Source: an uncultured Bacteroides sp. (GTDB lineage Bacteria > Bacteroidota > Bacteroidia > Bacteroidales > Bacteroidaceae). From it: 64,000 nt of DNA. Numbering within the stretch: position 1 is the stretch's first letter; each line of letters begins with the position of its first letter. A program made the translations under genes and the position numbers. The DNA is taken from contig CASEYC010000097.1 of assembly GCA_949292025.1 (NCBI GenBank), forward strand, positions 24,342-88,341, read 5' to 3'. Shown here in pieces: positions 45,999 through 54,358 of this stretch. The notes below the pieces were generated by a model that was not told the DNA's origin, did not search any database, and saw nothing but the letters and a program-made list of their open reading frames with translations.

Positions 45999-46026
45999 GT
46001 GAATGATTAATGGTTAATGTGCAATG
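45999..46026. repeat. Four heptads NNNAATG running into the start codon (opposite orientation to the CATTAAY tracts)
   Basis: gtgaatg/attaatg/gttaatg/tgcaatg. The last ATG is the start of the 46024 gene. Confidence 0.8.
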
Positions 46027-46224
46027 GCAACGAAGAAAGAATCGACAACCAAGACCTTTGTCCTGCGTGTGGATGCCGCGACGATGGATGCCCTTGAGAA
46101 GTGGGCAGCCGACGAGTTCCGCAGCATCAACGGCCAGCTTCAGTGGATTATCACCGAGGCCCTGCGCAAGAATGGCCGGCTGAAGAAGTCGCGCCCAACC
46201 CCGTCTGAACCTCCTAAAGAATAA
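46024..46224 (+). CDS. Arc/MetJ-type ribbon-helix-helix DNA-binding protein
   Basis: 66 aa. KTFVLRVDAATMDALEKWAADEFRSINGQLQWIITEAL fits beta-strand + two helices. Confidence 0.6.
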   Translation: MATKKESTTKTFVLRVDAATMDALEKWAADEFRSINGQLQWIITEALRKNGRLKKSRPTPSEPPKE

Positions 46225-46232
46225 TATCGCTT

Positions 46233-46697
46233 ATGAAACTCATCAACCTCGGTTCCCGCGTCCCGCAGGACGTGCCCAATGTCCGCTTCCGTCCTGTCCT
46301 TGTCGACCATCTGCTGGAGTTGGCCGCCTTCCTGCCCGTGCTGGCCAACTGGATATACATATTATATAAGTACCGCCAGACCGGTGGCGACATCCCGTCC
46401 GATTTGTATGAGGCGGGCGGGACAGCCTTGTTCCTCTTCCTGCTGTTGGGGGCTTGCGGCTATTGTCCCCTGCGCTGCATCAACTTCCCCTTCCGGGTGA
46501 AGCCGCACAATGTGGTCTACCAATACGTGCTGGCCCTGCGCCTGGTGCGGGTGACGAACATCATCTTCTGCCTGCAATTCCTCTTTGTCACGCTCTCCTT
46601 GTATCATCCTCGGGCAACCATCGGCTGTGCGCTGTGCATCGGGCTGTTCATCCTTGCCTTCATCGGCTATATGGTGCTGGCGTGGCGGCATAAGTGA
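46233..46697 (+). CDS. Hypothetical 4-TM membrane protein
   Basis: Four hydrophobic segments. No recognised family. Confidence 0.5.
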   Translation: MKLINLGSRVPQDVPNVRFRPVLVDHLLELAAFLPVLANWIYILYKYRQTGGDIPSDLYEAGGTALFLFLLLGACGYCPLRCINFPFRVKPHNVVYQYVLALRLVRVTNIIFCLQFLFVTLSLYHPRATIGCALCIGLFILAFIGYMVLAWRHK

Positions 46698-46785
46698 AAC
46701 GCCGTTCTTTATTCTTACCTACCTGTTACCAATCCCTTCCCGATTATACTCTTTTTTAGGTATTGCCCCACTTTTTAACTCGCCC

Positions 46786-46793
46786 TACCTTTG
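46786..46793 (+). promoter_or_regulatory. Bacteroidota -7 box TACCTTTG
   Basis: Exact match 35 nt upstream of the ATG at 46828. Confidence 0.45.
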
Positions 46794-46827
46794 CTGCCGA
46801 TAAAAGCAACCAATAGTAAGGCAAGAA

Positions 46828-48210
46828 ATGAAAAGATTAACAGGTTTATGTATGTTGTGCTTCCTCCTCTCCGTCAGCGGAGTACGGGCGGAAGAACCGG
46901 AAAAGGGAGATGCCGGGGAAGCCAAGGAAACCACGCTGGTGCAACGCGCCAAGCAGAAGATTGCGGCCACGGCCGGGGACGATTACGAGAAATTCCGCGT
47001 GGGCGGCTATGGTGAAGTGGTGGCCGCCTTCAAGGACTACGGCATCAACCGCTTCTACGGCGGCGACAACGGCAACCGCAGGACGCATCGCAACACCATC
47101 TCCATCCCCCGCTTCGTGCTGGCCTTTGACTACAAGTTCACGTCCAAATGGATATTGGGCGCGGAGATAGAGTTCGAGTCCGGCGGCACGGGCACAGCCC
47201 TCGAACTGGAGAACGCGGAGAACGGCGAATACGAGACCGAGCTGGAGAAGGGCGGCGAAGTGGCCTTGGAGCAGTTCCACATCACGCGCCTCATCCATCC
47301 CGCCTTCAATGTCCGCGTCGGTCACATGGTGTTGCCCGTCGGCCTGACCAACGCTCATCACGAACCCATCAACTTCTTCGGCACCGTGCGTCCCGAGGGC
47401 GAAACGACCATCCTGCCTTCCACGTGGCACGAGACGGGCATCGAGTTCTTCGGCACCGTGGGGCGCGGCTATGCCACCTTCGATTACCAAGCCTTCATCA
47501 CGGCGGGCCTGAACGCCAACGGCTTCGACCGCAACACGTGGGTGGGCAGCGGCAAGCAGGGATTCTTCGAGGAAGACAACTTCACCTCGCCTGCCTACGT
47601 CGTTCGCCTGGACTACCGTGGCGTGCCGGGCCTGCGCCTGGGCTCCTCCTTCTACTATTGCGCCAACACGGCCGCCAATTCGGACAAGCTGCAGACCTAC
47701 TCCAACATCAAGCGGGCACCCCTCCGCATCTACACCGTGGACGGCGAGTATAAGAACAAGTACGTGACCGCCCGCACCAACTTTGTCTTTGGCAACCTGA
47801 CCCACTCCAAGGCCATCAGCAGCACCAACGCCGGACAGTCCGGCAACTCGCCTTACAGCCGCGTGGTGCCCGTGGCCAAGCGTGCCGTCAGCTATGCCGG
47901 CGAGGTGGGCCTGAACCTGCGTTCCCTTTGCGGCAGCAGCCCGAAGGTGCCCGTCATCTATCCCTTTGCCCGTTATGAGTACTATAATCCGCAGGAAGAA
48001 GGCGAGGCTGGCCAGATTATGGACCCGCGCAACCAAGTCAGCCTATGGACCTTCGGCCTCAACTGGTTCGCCCTGCCCAACCTGGTGGTGAAGGCGGACT
48101 ATATGACGCGCCAGATAGGCACGAGCAAGGTCTTCGGCACGGGCAAGTATAACAGCGAGAACGAGTTCTCCATCGGCATAGCCTACGTGGGCTGGTTCTT
48201 CAAGAAATAA
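46828..48210 (+). CDS. Outer-membrane beta-barrel (porin-like) protein
   Basis: Signal peptide ...SVSGVRAEE. Alternating amphipathic strands. C-terminal ...GIAYVGWFFKK. Confidence 0.55.
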   Translation: MKRLTGLCMLCFLLSVSGVRAEEPEKGDAGEAKETTLVQRAKQKIAATAGDDYEKFRVGGYGEVVAAFKDYGINRFYGGDNGNRRTHRNTISIPRFVLAFDYKFTSKWILGAEIEFESGGTGTALELENAENGEYETELEKGGEVALEQFHITRLIHPAFNVRVGHMVLPVGLTNAHHEPINFFGTVRPEGETTILPSTWHETGIEFFGTVGRGYATFDYQAFITAGLNANGFDRNTWVGSGKQGFFEEDNFTSPAYVVRLDYRGVPGLRLGSSFYYCANTAANSDKLQTYSNIKRAPLRIYTVDGEYKNKYVTARTNFVFGNLTHSKAISSTNAGQSGNSPYSRVVPVAKRAVSYAGEVGLNLRSLCGSSPKVPVIYPFARYEYYNPQEEGEAGQIMDPRNQVSLWTFGLNWFALPNLVVKADYMTRQIGTSKVFGTGKYNSENEFSIGIAYVGWFFKK

Positions 48211-48238
48211 TCACTTAACATTATAATAAGCAAAGAAC

Positions 48239-49462
48239 ATGAAGAAGACTTTCCTTTATGCAGCAGCCATGACGCTCTGCTTGGGTTTCGCTGCCACGGC
48301 TTGCAGCGATGATGACAACACAGGTAACGGTGGCAACACCGGCGGTTCCACGGTGGAAGAGATAGACATCACCGCAGAGAATGCCTCCAACTGGTATGCC
48401 TACATGGGCGAGGTGGCCCGCCTGCTGGACCGCGACGCCTCCGACCTCTACAGTTACTGGAGCGAGGAGTACAACAACAGCGGCCACAGCTATGCCGAGA
48501 TTTTCAAGAACCACAACGTGTCCGGCTACTTCCAGACAGCCGCCCTGTGCGTGCAGCAGATCATTGACGGTTGCTATGACATTGCCAACGAGGTGGGCGA
48601 CGCCAAAATCGGCGACCCGTATGACATGTACGTCAGCGGCGACACGCAAGGTGCCCTCTATGCCGTGGAATCCTGGTTCAGCTGGCACTCCCGCGAGGAC
48701 TACTCCAACAACATCATCTCCATCTACAGTGCCATTGCCGGGTCGAGGGACGTGACGGTGACCAGTGACCAACTGATGCTGGAAGGTTCGACCGTGGCTC
48801 CCAACTCCGTGTACAACGTGCTGAAGGACAACGGCTATGCCGACCTGGCCGATGAGACGATGCAGGCCATCAAGAAGGCGCACGATGCCATCCTGGCCAT
48901 CCCGGCTCCCTTCCGCAGCCACATCAACAGCCAGGAGGCGTTGGATGCCCAGGAGGCTTGCCTGGAACTGGCCACGCTGTTGCAGAACCAATTGCGCGGC
49001 GTCTTCGATGCCGGGCAACCCTTGGCCAGCGATGAACTGCTGAACGGCGTGGTCAACACCTACGTGGACGACGTGGTATTGCCCACCTACCTCGACCTGA
49101 AAAACGCCGCCGCCGAGCTGTATGCCGATGTCAAGGCCCTGGCCGAGAACCCCACGAACGCCGCCTTTGAGTCCGTGGCCGAGCAATGGATAGTCTCCCG
49201 CGCCCCGTGGGAGAAGAGCGAAGCCTTCCTCTTCGGTCCCGTGGCCGACAAGGGCCTCGACCCCAACATGGACAGCTGGCCGCTCGACGCCACCGCCATT
49301 GTGAACATCCTGAACACGGGCGACCTGGACCAGCTCATCTGGAACGGCGATTACGACGAGAACTCTTCGTCCATTGCCGACGCGCAGAACGTCCGTGGCT
49401 TCCACACGCTGGAGTTCCTCCTCTTCAAGGACGGCAAGGCCCGCACGGTACCGGCCAACTGA
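48239..49462 (+). CDS. Imelysin-family (peptidase M75-like) lipoprotein
   Basis: Lipobox LGFAATAC. Two helical-bundle halves with VESWFSWHSREDYSNNI and MDSWPLDA motifs, as recalled for imelysin-like proteins. Confidence 0.65.
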   Translation: MKKTFLYAAAMTLCLGFAATACSDDDNTGNGGNTGGSTVEEIDITAENASNWYAYMGEVARLLDRDASDLYSYWSEEYNNSGHSYAEIFKNHNVSGYFQTAALCVQQIIDGCYDIANEVGDAKIGDPYDMYVSGDTQGALYAVESWFSWHSREDYSNNIISIYSAIAGSRDVTVTSDQLMLEGSTVAPNSVYNVLKDNGYADLADETMQAIKKAHDAILAIPAPFRSHINSQEALDAQEACLELATLLQNQLRGVFDAGQPLASDELLNGVVNTYVDDVVLPTYLDLKNAAAELYADVKALAENPTNAAFESVAEQWIVSRAPWEKSEAFLFGPVADKGLDPNMDSWPLDATAIVNILNTGDLDQLIWNGDYDENSSSIADAQNVRGFHTLEFLLFKDGKARTVPAN

Positions 49463-49564
49463 CAATAAATTCTCTTTTAGCAACCTGGAAAGTAGGGGAG
49501 AGCCTCGCCGCCTCCTCTGCTTTCTTGCCACGTACAGACGTTGGTAAGATAAAGCTTATTGAAT

Positions 49565-51001
49565 ATGAGATACTTGAGTAAAATAGGACTGATATTGCTG
49601 GGCAGTGCCTCCCTGCTGGCCGCCTGCGACACCGGGGACACGTACGACGTGCTGGACATCGAGGTGTCGGACGGCTACGAGCTGTCGGCGGGCACGTCCA
49701 CCCTCTTCGTGCGTTCGTCCAAGGCGTATGACATGCCGGCCTCGTGGGTGACGGGTGCCTACAACTCGCGCTTCAACAGCGGCGACGGCCTCTATGACGA
49801 CGTGCGCACCAGCGGCAACACCGAGGGCGGCGGACTGGGACCCGTCTATGCCGGCTACTCCTGCGGCAGTTGTCACCGCAATGCGGGCCGCACCACTCCC
49901 ACGCTGTGGACCGAGGGCGGCACGGGCAGCACGGGCTTCTCGTCGATGCTGGTCTACGTCAGCCGGAAGAACGGCGCCTTCTTCCGCGACTATGGCCGCG
50001 TCTTGCACGACCAGGCCATCTACGGCGTCCGGCCCGAAGGCAAGCTGCACGTCGATTGGCGGTACGAGAAGTTCCGGTTCCCCGACGGCGAGGAGTATGA
50101 GCTGGCCGCGCCCACCTACACCATCACCGAGTGGTATGCCGACAGCATCGCGCCCGAAGACCTGTTCTGCACCGTCCGCATCCCCTTGCGGCACGTGGGC
50201 ATGGGGCAGATGATGGCCATCGACACCAAGGAGATTGAAGCCCTGGCCGCCCGGAGCAACTACCCGGAATACGGCATCAGCGGCCGCTGCAACTACATCA
50301 CCGAGAAGGGCGTGCGCGGCGTCGGCCTCTCCGGCAACAAGGCGCAACACCTGGACCTGACCGTCGAGCTGGGCTTCTCCAGCGACATGGGCGTCACCAA
50401 CAGCCGCTATCCCGAGGAAATCTGCGAGGGGCAGGCGCAAATCAGCCAGGGCAGCATGATGGGCCTCAGCTATGACCAACTGGACATCTCCGCCGAGGAC
50501 ATGGAAGACGTGGACCTCTACATGCAGACCCTCGGCGTGCCCGCCCGGCGCGACGTCAACGACCCGCAGGTGCAGCTGGGCGAACAGATGTTCTACGAAG
50601 CCAAGTGCCACCTGTGCCACGTCACCACCCTGCACACTAAGACGCGCGGCTCCACCCTGCTGATGGGCACACACCTGCCCTGGCTGGGCGGGCAGACCAT
50701 CCACCCGTATTCCGACTTCCTGCTGCACGACATGGGCAGCGAAATCATGGGCATCGGTCTGAACGACAACTACGTCAGCGGCCTGGCCCGAGGCAACGAG
50801 TGGCGCACCACCCCGTTGTGGGGCATCGGCCTGCAGGAGATAGTGAACGGACATACCTACTTCCTGCACGACGGCCGGGCGCGCAACTTCGTCGAGGCCA
50901 TCATGTGGCACGGTGGCGAGGGCGAGGCGTCCAAGAACCTCTTCAAGAACATGACGAAGACGGAGCGCGACGCACTGGTGCGCTTCCTGCAATCGCTGTA
51001 G
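49565..51001 (+). CDS. Di-haem cytochrome c peroxidase-like protein (DUF1111 / thiol oxidoreductase family) lipoprotein
   Basis: Lipobox SLLAAC. Two CxxCH motifs (CGSCH, CHLCH). The ATG at 49565 is preferred to the TTG at 49559. Confidence 0.7.
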   Translation: MRYLSKIGLILLGSASLLAACDTGDTYDVLDIEVSDGYELSAGTSTLFVRSSKAYDMPASWVTGAYNSRFNSGDGLYDDVRTSGNTEGGGLGPVYAGYSCGSCHRNAGRTTPTLWTEGGTGSTGFSSMLVYVSRKNGAFFRDYGRVLHDQAIYGVRPEGKLHVDWRYEKFRFPDGEEYELAAPTYTITEWYADSIAPEDLFCTVRIPLRHVGMGQMMAIDTKEIEALAARSNYPEYGISGRCNYITEKGVRGVGLSGNKAQHLDLTVELGFSSDMGVTNSRYPEEICEGQAQISQGSMMGLSYDQLDISAEDMEDVDLYMQTLGVPARRDVNDPQVQLGEQMFYEAKCHLCHVTTLHTKTRGSTLLMGTHLPWLGGQTIHPYSDFLLHDMGSEIMGIGLNDNYVSGLARGNEWRTTPLWGIGLQEIVNGHTYFLHDGRARNFVEAIMWHGGEGEASKNLFKNMTKTERDALVRFLQSL

Positions 51002-51034
51002 CCGATGGGCGGAAGCGTGTGTATAAGGAAGGAA

Positions 51035-51121
51035 AGTTCCATCAGTCATGGAACTTGGTTCCACCGGCGTTGGAACTCGGTTCCATCAGTACTGGAACTC
51101 GGTTCCATCGGTGCTGGAACC
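51035..51121. repeat. Four tandem hairpin units GTTCCA-N7-TGGAAC at exact 22-bp spacing
   Basis: gttcc at 51036, 51058, 51080 and 51102. Arms are conserved and the 7-nt centres vary. Confidence 0.95.
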
Positions 51122-51167
51122 CGATTGGTTCAATACATAAGACAACAACTCTTAAAACGATAAACAG

Positions 51168-52391
51168 ATGCATTTACTGAAAAGAATACTGATTCTCGCC
51201 CTCCTGGCCTTGCTCTTGCCGACGGCCCTGTGGGCGCAATACGAAGAAGAGACAGCCAACGGCGTCGTGTCGTTGGCAGGCCGCGAAGGCTTCTCCATTG
51301 AGACGAAGAAAGGCGATTTCGTCTTCAAGCCTTACCTGCTGGTGCAGGCCAGCGCCAACTACAACTGGTATGACGACGAGGGCCTGGACCCCGCCTATAA
51401 CCAGGACAACGTGGCCAACAGCGGCTTCGCCATCCCCTACGCCGTGCTGGGCTTCACGGGCAAGGCGTTCGACCGGGTGACGTTCAACCTCAGCCTCAAT
51501 GCCGCGGCCAGTGGCGGCGCCCTGCTGCAGCAGGCATGGTTCGACGTGGCCTTCAAGCCGCAATTGGCCTTGCGCGTGGGCAAGTTCAAGACACCCTTCT
51601 CGCACGCCTACCTCACTACGCTGGGCGAGGCTTTGCTGCCGCAGATGCCCCTGTCGCTCACTACGGCGGTCATCATGCCCTATTCGCTCAACGCCGTGAT
51701 GCCCAACATCGGCACGGGCTTCGACCTGGGCGTGGAGCTGCACGGCCTGGTGCAGGATAGATTCGGCTACGAGGTGGGCATCTTCAACGGCACGGGCGCC
51801 TCGGTCAACACGGCGGGCAAGACCTTCAGCGACGACTGGCACATCCCCTCCCTGCTCTATGCCGGACGCTTGACCTACATGCCGCACGGCGTGATGCCCG
51901 CCACGCAGGGCAATCCCAACCGGCTGCGCGAGAACAAGCTCCTCATCGGCCTCTCCGCCTCCCTCAATGTGGAGAGCGAGTATGAGAGCACCAACGACAC
52001 CCGCGTCGGCGTGGAGTTTGCTTGGCTCTACCACAAGCTCTACCTGGCCGCCGAGGCCTATTGGATGCACGTGGGCTTCACGGAGCGGCAGAAGATTGAC
52101 GAGACCTACAACTTCCTGGGCGGATACGTGCAGGGAGGCTACTTCGTGGCGCCGCGCCTCCAGGTGGCTGCGCGGTATGACTTCTTCAACCGCAACGGCA
52201 TGGACACCAACGGCTTCCTCAACATGCCCGCCGTGGGGCTGAACTACTTCTTCAAGGGGTGCAACCTCAAGCTGCAGGCCATGTACCAGTACGTGGGCCG
52301 TGCCGGGCACGACGACCAGTTGGACCGCGACAACGACAACCTGGGCCTGGCCACGCACAGTGCCACCGTACAGCTGCAATATTCCTTCTGA
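51168..52391 (+). CDS. Porin (phosphate-selective porin O/P-like)
   Basis: Signal peptide ...PTALWAQ. FKPYLLVQA...RVGKFKTPFS is typical of Porin_O_P. Ends ...VQLQYSF. Confidence 0.65.
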   Translation: MHLLKRILILALLALLLPTALWAQYEEETANGVVSLAGREGFSIETKKGDFVFKPYLLVQASANYNWYDDEGLDPAYNQDNVANSGFAIPYAVLGFTGKAFDRVTFNLSLNAAASGGALLQQAWFDVAFKPQLALRVGKFKTPFSHAYLTTLGEALLPQMPLSLTTAVIMPYSLNAVMPNIGTGFDLGVELHGLVQDRFGYEVGIFNGTGASVNTAGKTFSDDWHIPSLLYAGRLTYMPHGVMPATQGNPNRLRENKLLIGLSASLNVESEYESTNDTRVGVEFAWLYHKLYLAAEAYWMHVGFTERQKIDETYNFLGGYVQGGYFVAPRLQVAARYDFFNRNGMDTNGFLNMPAVGLNYFFKGCNLKLQAMYQYVGRAGHDDQLDRDNDNLGLATHSATVQLQYSF

Positions 52392-52406
52392 CCTAATCCG
52401 GAGCGT

Positions 52407-53114
52407 ATGAAGAACTTTGCAAGCAAGTTGATAGGCTGGGCGGCAGGAGCGTTGATGCTCGCTGCGTGCGACGACGGCCGCCTCTATGCCGACCGCCTGA
52501 TTATCCCCGAAGAGGGGCGCGTGGTGAAGCTCACCGCCACGCTCAGCGGACTGGACACGTGGACGGACGGATACAGCATCGTCCTGGCCGGCTTCGAGGC
52601 GGGCAGCGACTATGCGGTCATTGCCAAGTCCGTCCAGGCTGCGGAGGACGGCACGGTGGACCTCACCATGTCCGGCGTGCCGGCAGAGGTCACCACCCTC
52701 GAAGTCTGCGTGGTCAACCGCATCCGCAAGCGGGTGGCCACCTACCATGCCCTGGATTGCTCCATGCTGGACGAGGACACCCTCCGCATTGACGCGGGCA
52801 CGCAGGACGTGGGGATGTTCGCCACCATCCAGCGGGACATCTTCGACCGCACCTGCACCGGATGCCACGGCCAGGGGCGTTGGCTCGACCTCAGTCCCGG
52901 TGCCAGTCACCGGACGCTGGTGAACCAGCCTTCCACCGTGTTCGAGGGGCGGACGCGCGTCCTGCCCGGCGATGCCGCCGCGAGCGTGCTCTACACCATC
53001 CTCACCACCGGCGAGAGCGCGGACCTGGGCACGGACCATCAGACGCAGTTCACCCTGAGCGAAGAGCAGTTCTCCCTGATTGGGGACTGGATAGACGGCG
53101 GGGCCGGGGAATAG
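52407..53114 (+). CDS. Lipoprotein with single c-type haem motif (CTGCH)
   Basis: Lipobox LMLAAC. IQRDIFDRTCTGCHG. Confidence 0.55.
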   Translation: MKNFASKLIGWAAGALMLAACDDGRLYADRLIIPEEGRVVKLTATLSGLDTWTDGYSIVLAGFEAGSDYAVIAKSVQAAEDGTVDLTMSGVPAEVTTLEVCVVNRIRKRVATYHALDCSMLDEDTLRIDAGTQDVGMFATIQRDIFDRTCTGCHGQGRWLDLSPGASHRTLVNQPSTVFEGRTRVLPGDAAASVLYTILTTGESADLGTDHQTQFTLSEEQFSLIGDWIDGGAGE

Positions 53115-53163
53115 CCTGGTGCTTTTTCCGGCGTTGCCTGTGGGTTTAATGCCCTTTAATGAC

Positions 53164-53171
53164 TAATTTTG
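53164..53171 (+). promoter_or_regulatory. Bacteroidota -7 box TAATTTTG
   Basis: Exact match 27 nt upstream of the ATG at 53198. Confidence 0.45.
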
Positions 53172-53197
53172 CACAATGAATCTAAGGATATATCGAT

Positions 53198-54358
53198 ATG
53201 AACGATAACTACAATACTTTCAACTCCATGGAAACGGCTTCTGCGCTGGCCGAGGTGTTCACGTTCCAACCTCCCGGCGGTGTGGCCGAATACCATGTCA
53301 CCGTCCGCGTGACGGACACCCGGCTTCCCTTCGCCGAACAGGCGCAGGCCGTGCTGTCCGCCTTCTACACGCTGCTGGACGGCAGGCTGAAGGGCGCGGT
53401 GCCCGTCTTTGCCCGCTGTTTCCTGAGCGATGCCGCCAACCAGGCCGACCCCTTGCTGGGCCTGATGCCCGATGCCATCGACTTCCCCCTCTCCATCGTG
53501 GAGCAAGCCCCGCTGAACGGGACCAAGATAGCCCTGTGGGTCTGGCTGCAGACCGATGTGCAGAGCCGGGTGTTGCACAACGGCCTCGTCGAGGTGAAGC
53601 ACGGCGCCTATCGTCACCTGTGGGGAGCGAGCGCCTGCAACCGTGCCGCCAATTCGGAGTACCAGACCCGCCTGTTGCTCAACGACTACGTGATGCAACT
53701 GATGGAGCAAGGCTGCAAATTGGCCGACAACTGCGTGCGCACGTGGTTCTTCGTGCAGAATGTGGACGTCAACTACGGCGGCGTGGTGAAGGCGCGCAAC
53801 GAGGTCTTCGTCACGCAGAACCTGACGGAACGGACGCACTACATCGCCAGCACGGGCATCGGTGGCCGTCATGCCGACCCCAAGGTGCTGGTGCAGATGG
53901 ACACCTACGCCGTGGACGGCCTCCGTCCCGGCCAGATGGGCTACCTCTACGCCCGTACCCACCTGAACCCCACCTACGAGTACGGCGTCAGCTTCGAGCG
54001 CGGCGCGTATGTGGACTACGGCGACCGTCGCCACGTCTTCATATCCGGGACAGCCAGCATCAACAACAAGGGCGAAATCATGTACCCGCGCGACATCCGC
54101 CGGCAGACCGCCCGCATGTGGGAGAATGTGGAGGCCCTCCTGACCGAGGCGGGATGCACCTACGACGACGTGGGCCAGATGATTGTCTACCTGCGCGACG
54201 GGGCGGACCATGACGTGGTGAAGGAGCTGTATGACGCCCGCTTCCCCTGTGTGCCGAAGGTCTTTGTACACGCTCCTGTCTGCCGGCCGGGTTGGCTCAT
54301 CGAGATGGAGTGCATGGCCGTGAAGGCGCAGGAGAACCAGGACTACGCCCCGTTCTGA
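53198..54358 (+). CDS. RidA/YjgF-fold protein, possibly chorismatase (FkbO/Hyg5)-like
   Basis: C-terminal HVFISGTASINNKGEIM...QTARMWENVEALL resembles the Rid/FkbO family. The specific activity is not inferable. Confidence 0.45.
   Translation: MNDNYNTFNSMETASALAEVFTFQPPGGVAEYHVTVRVTDTRLPFAEQAQAVLSAFYTLLDGRLKGAVPVFARCFLSDAANQADPLLGLMPDAIDFPLSIVEQAPLNGTKIALWVWLQTDVQSRVLHNGLVEVKHGAYRHLWGASACNRAANSEYQTRLLLNDYVMQLMEQGCKLADNCVRTWFFVQNVDVNYGGVVKARNEVFVTQNLTERTHYIASTGIGGRHADPKVLVQMDTYAVDGLRPGQMGYLYARTHLNPTYEYGVSFERGAYVDYGDRRHVFISGTASINNKGEIMYPRDIRRQTARMWENVEALLTEAGCTYDDVGQMIVYLRDGADHDVVKELYDARFPCVPKVFVHAPVCRPGWLIEMECMAVKAQENQDYAPF

Noticed and set aside
49556-53039. Two long minus-strand ORFs (49556..51064 and 51174..53039) antisense to the di-haem, porin and cytochrome genes
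   Set aside because: These are shadow ORFs. The plus-strand products have signal peptides, CxxCH motifs and porin-like termini.
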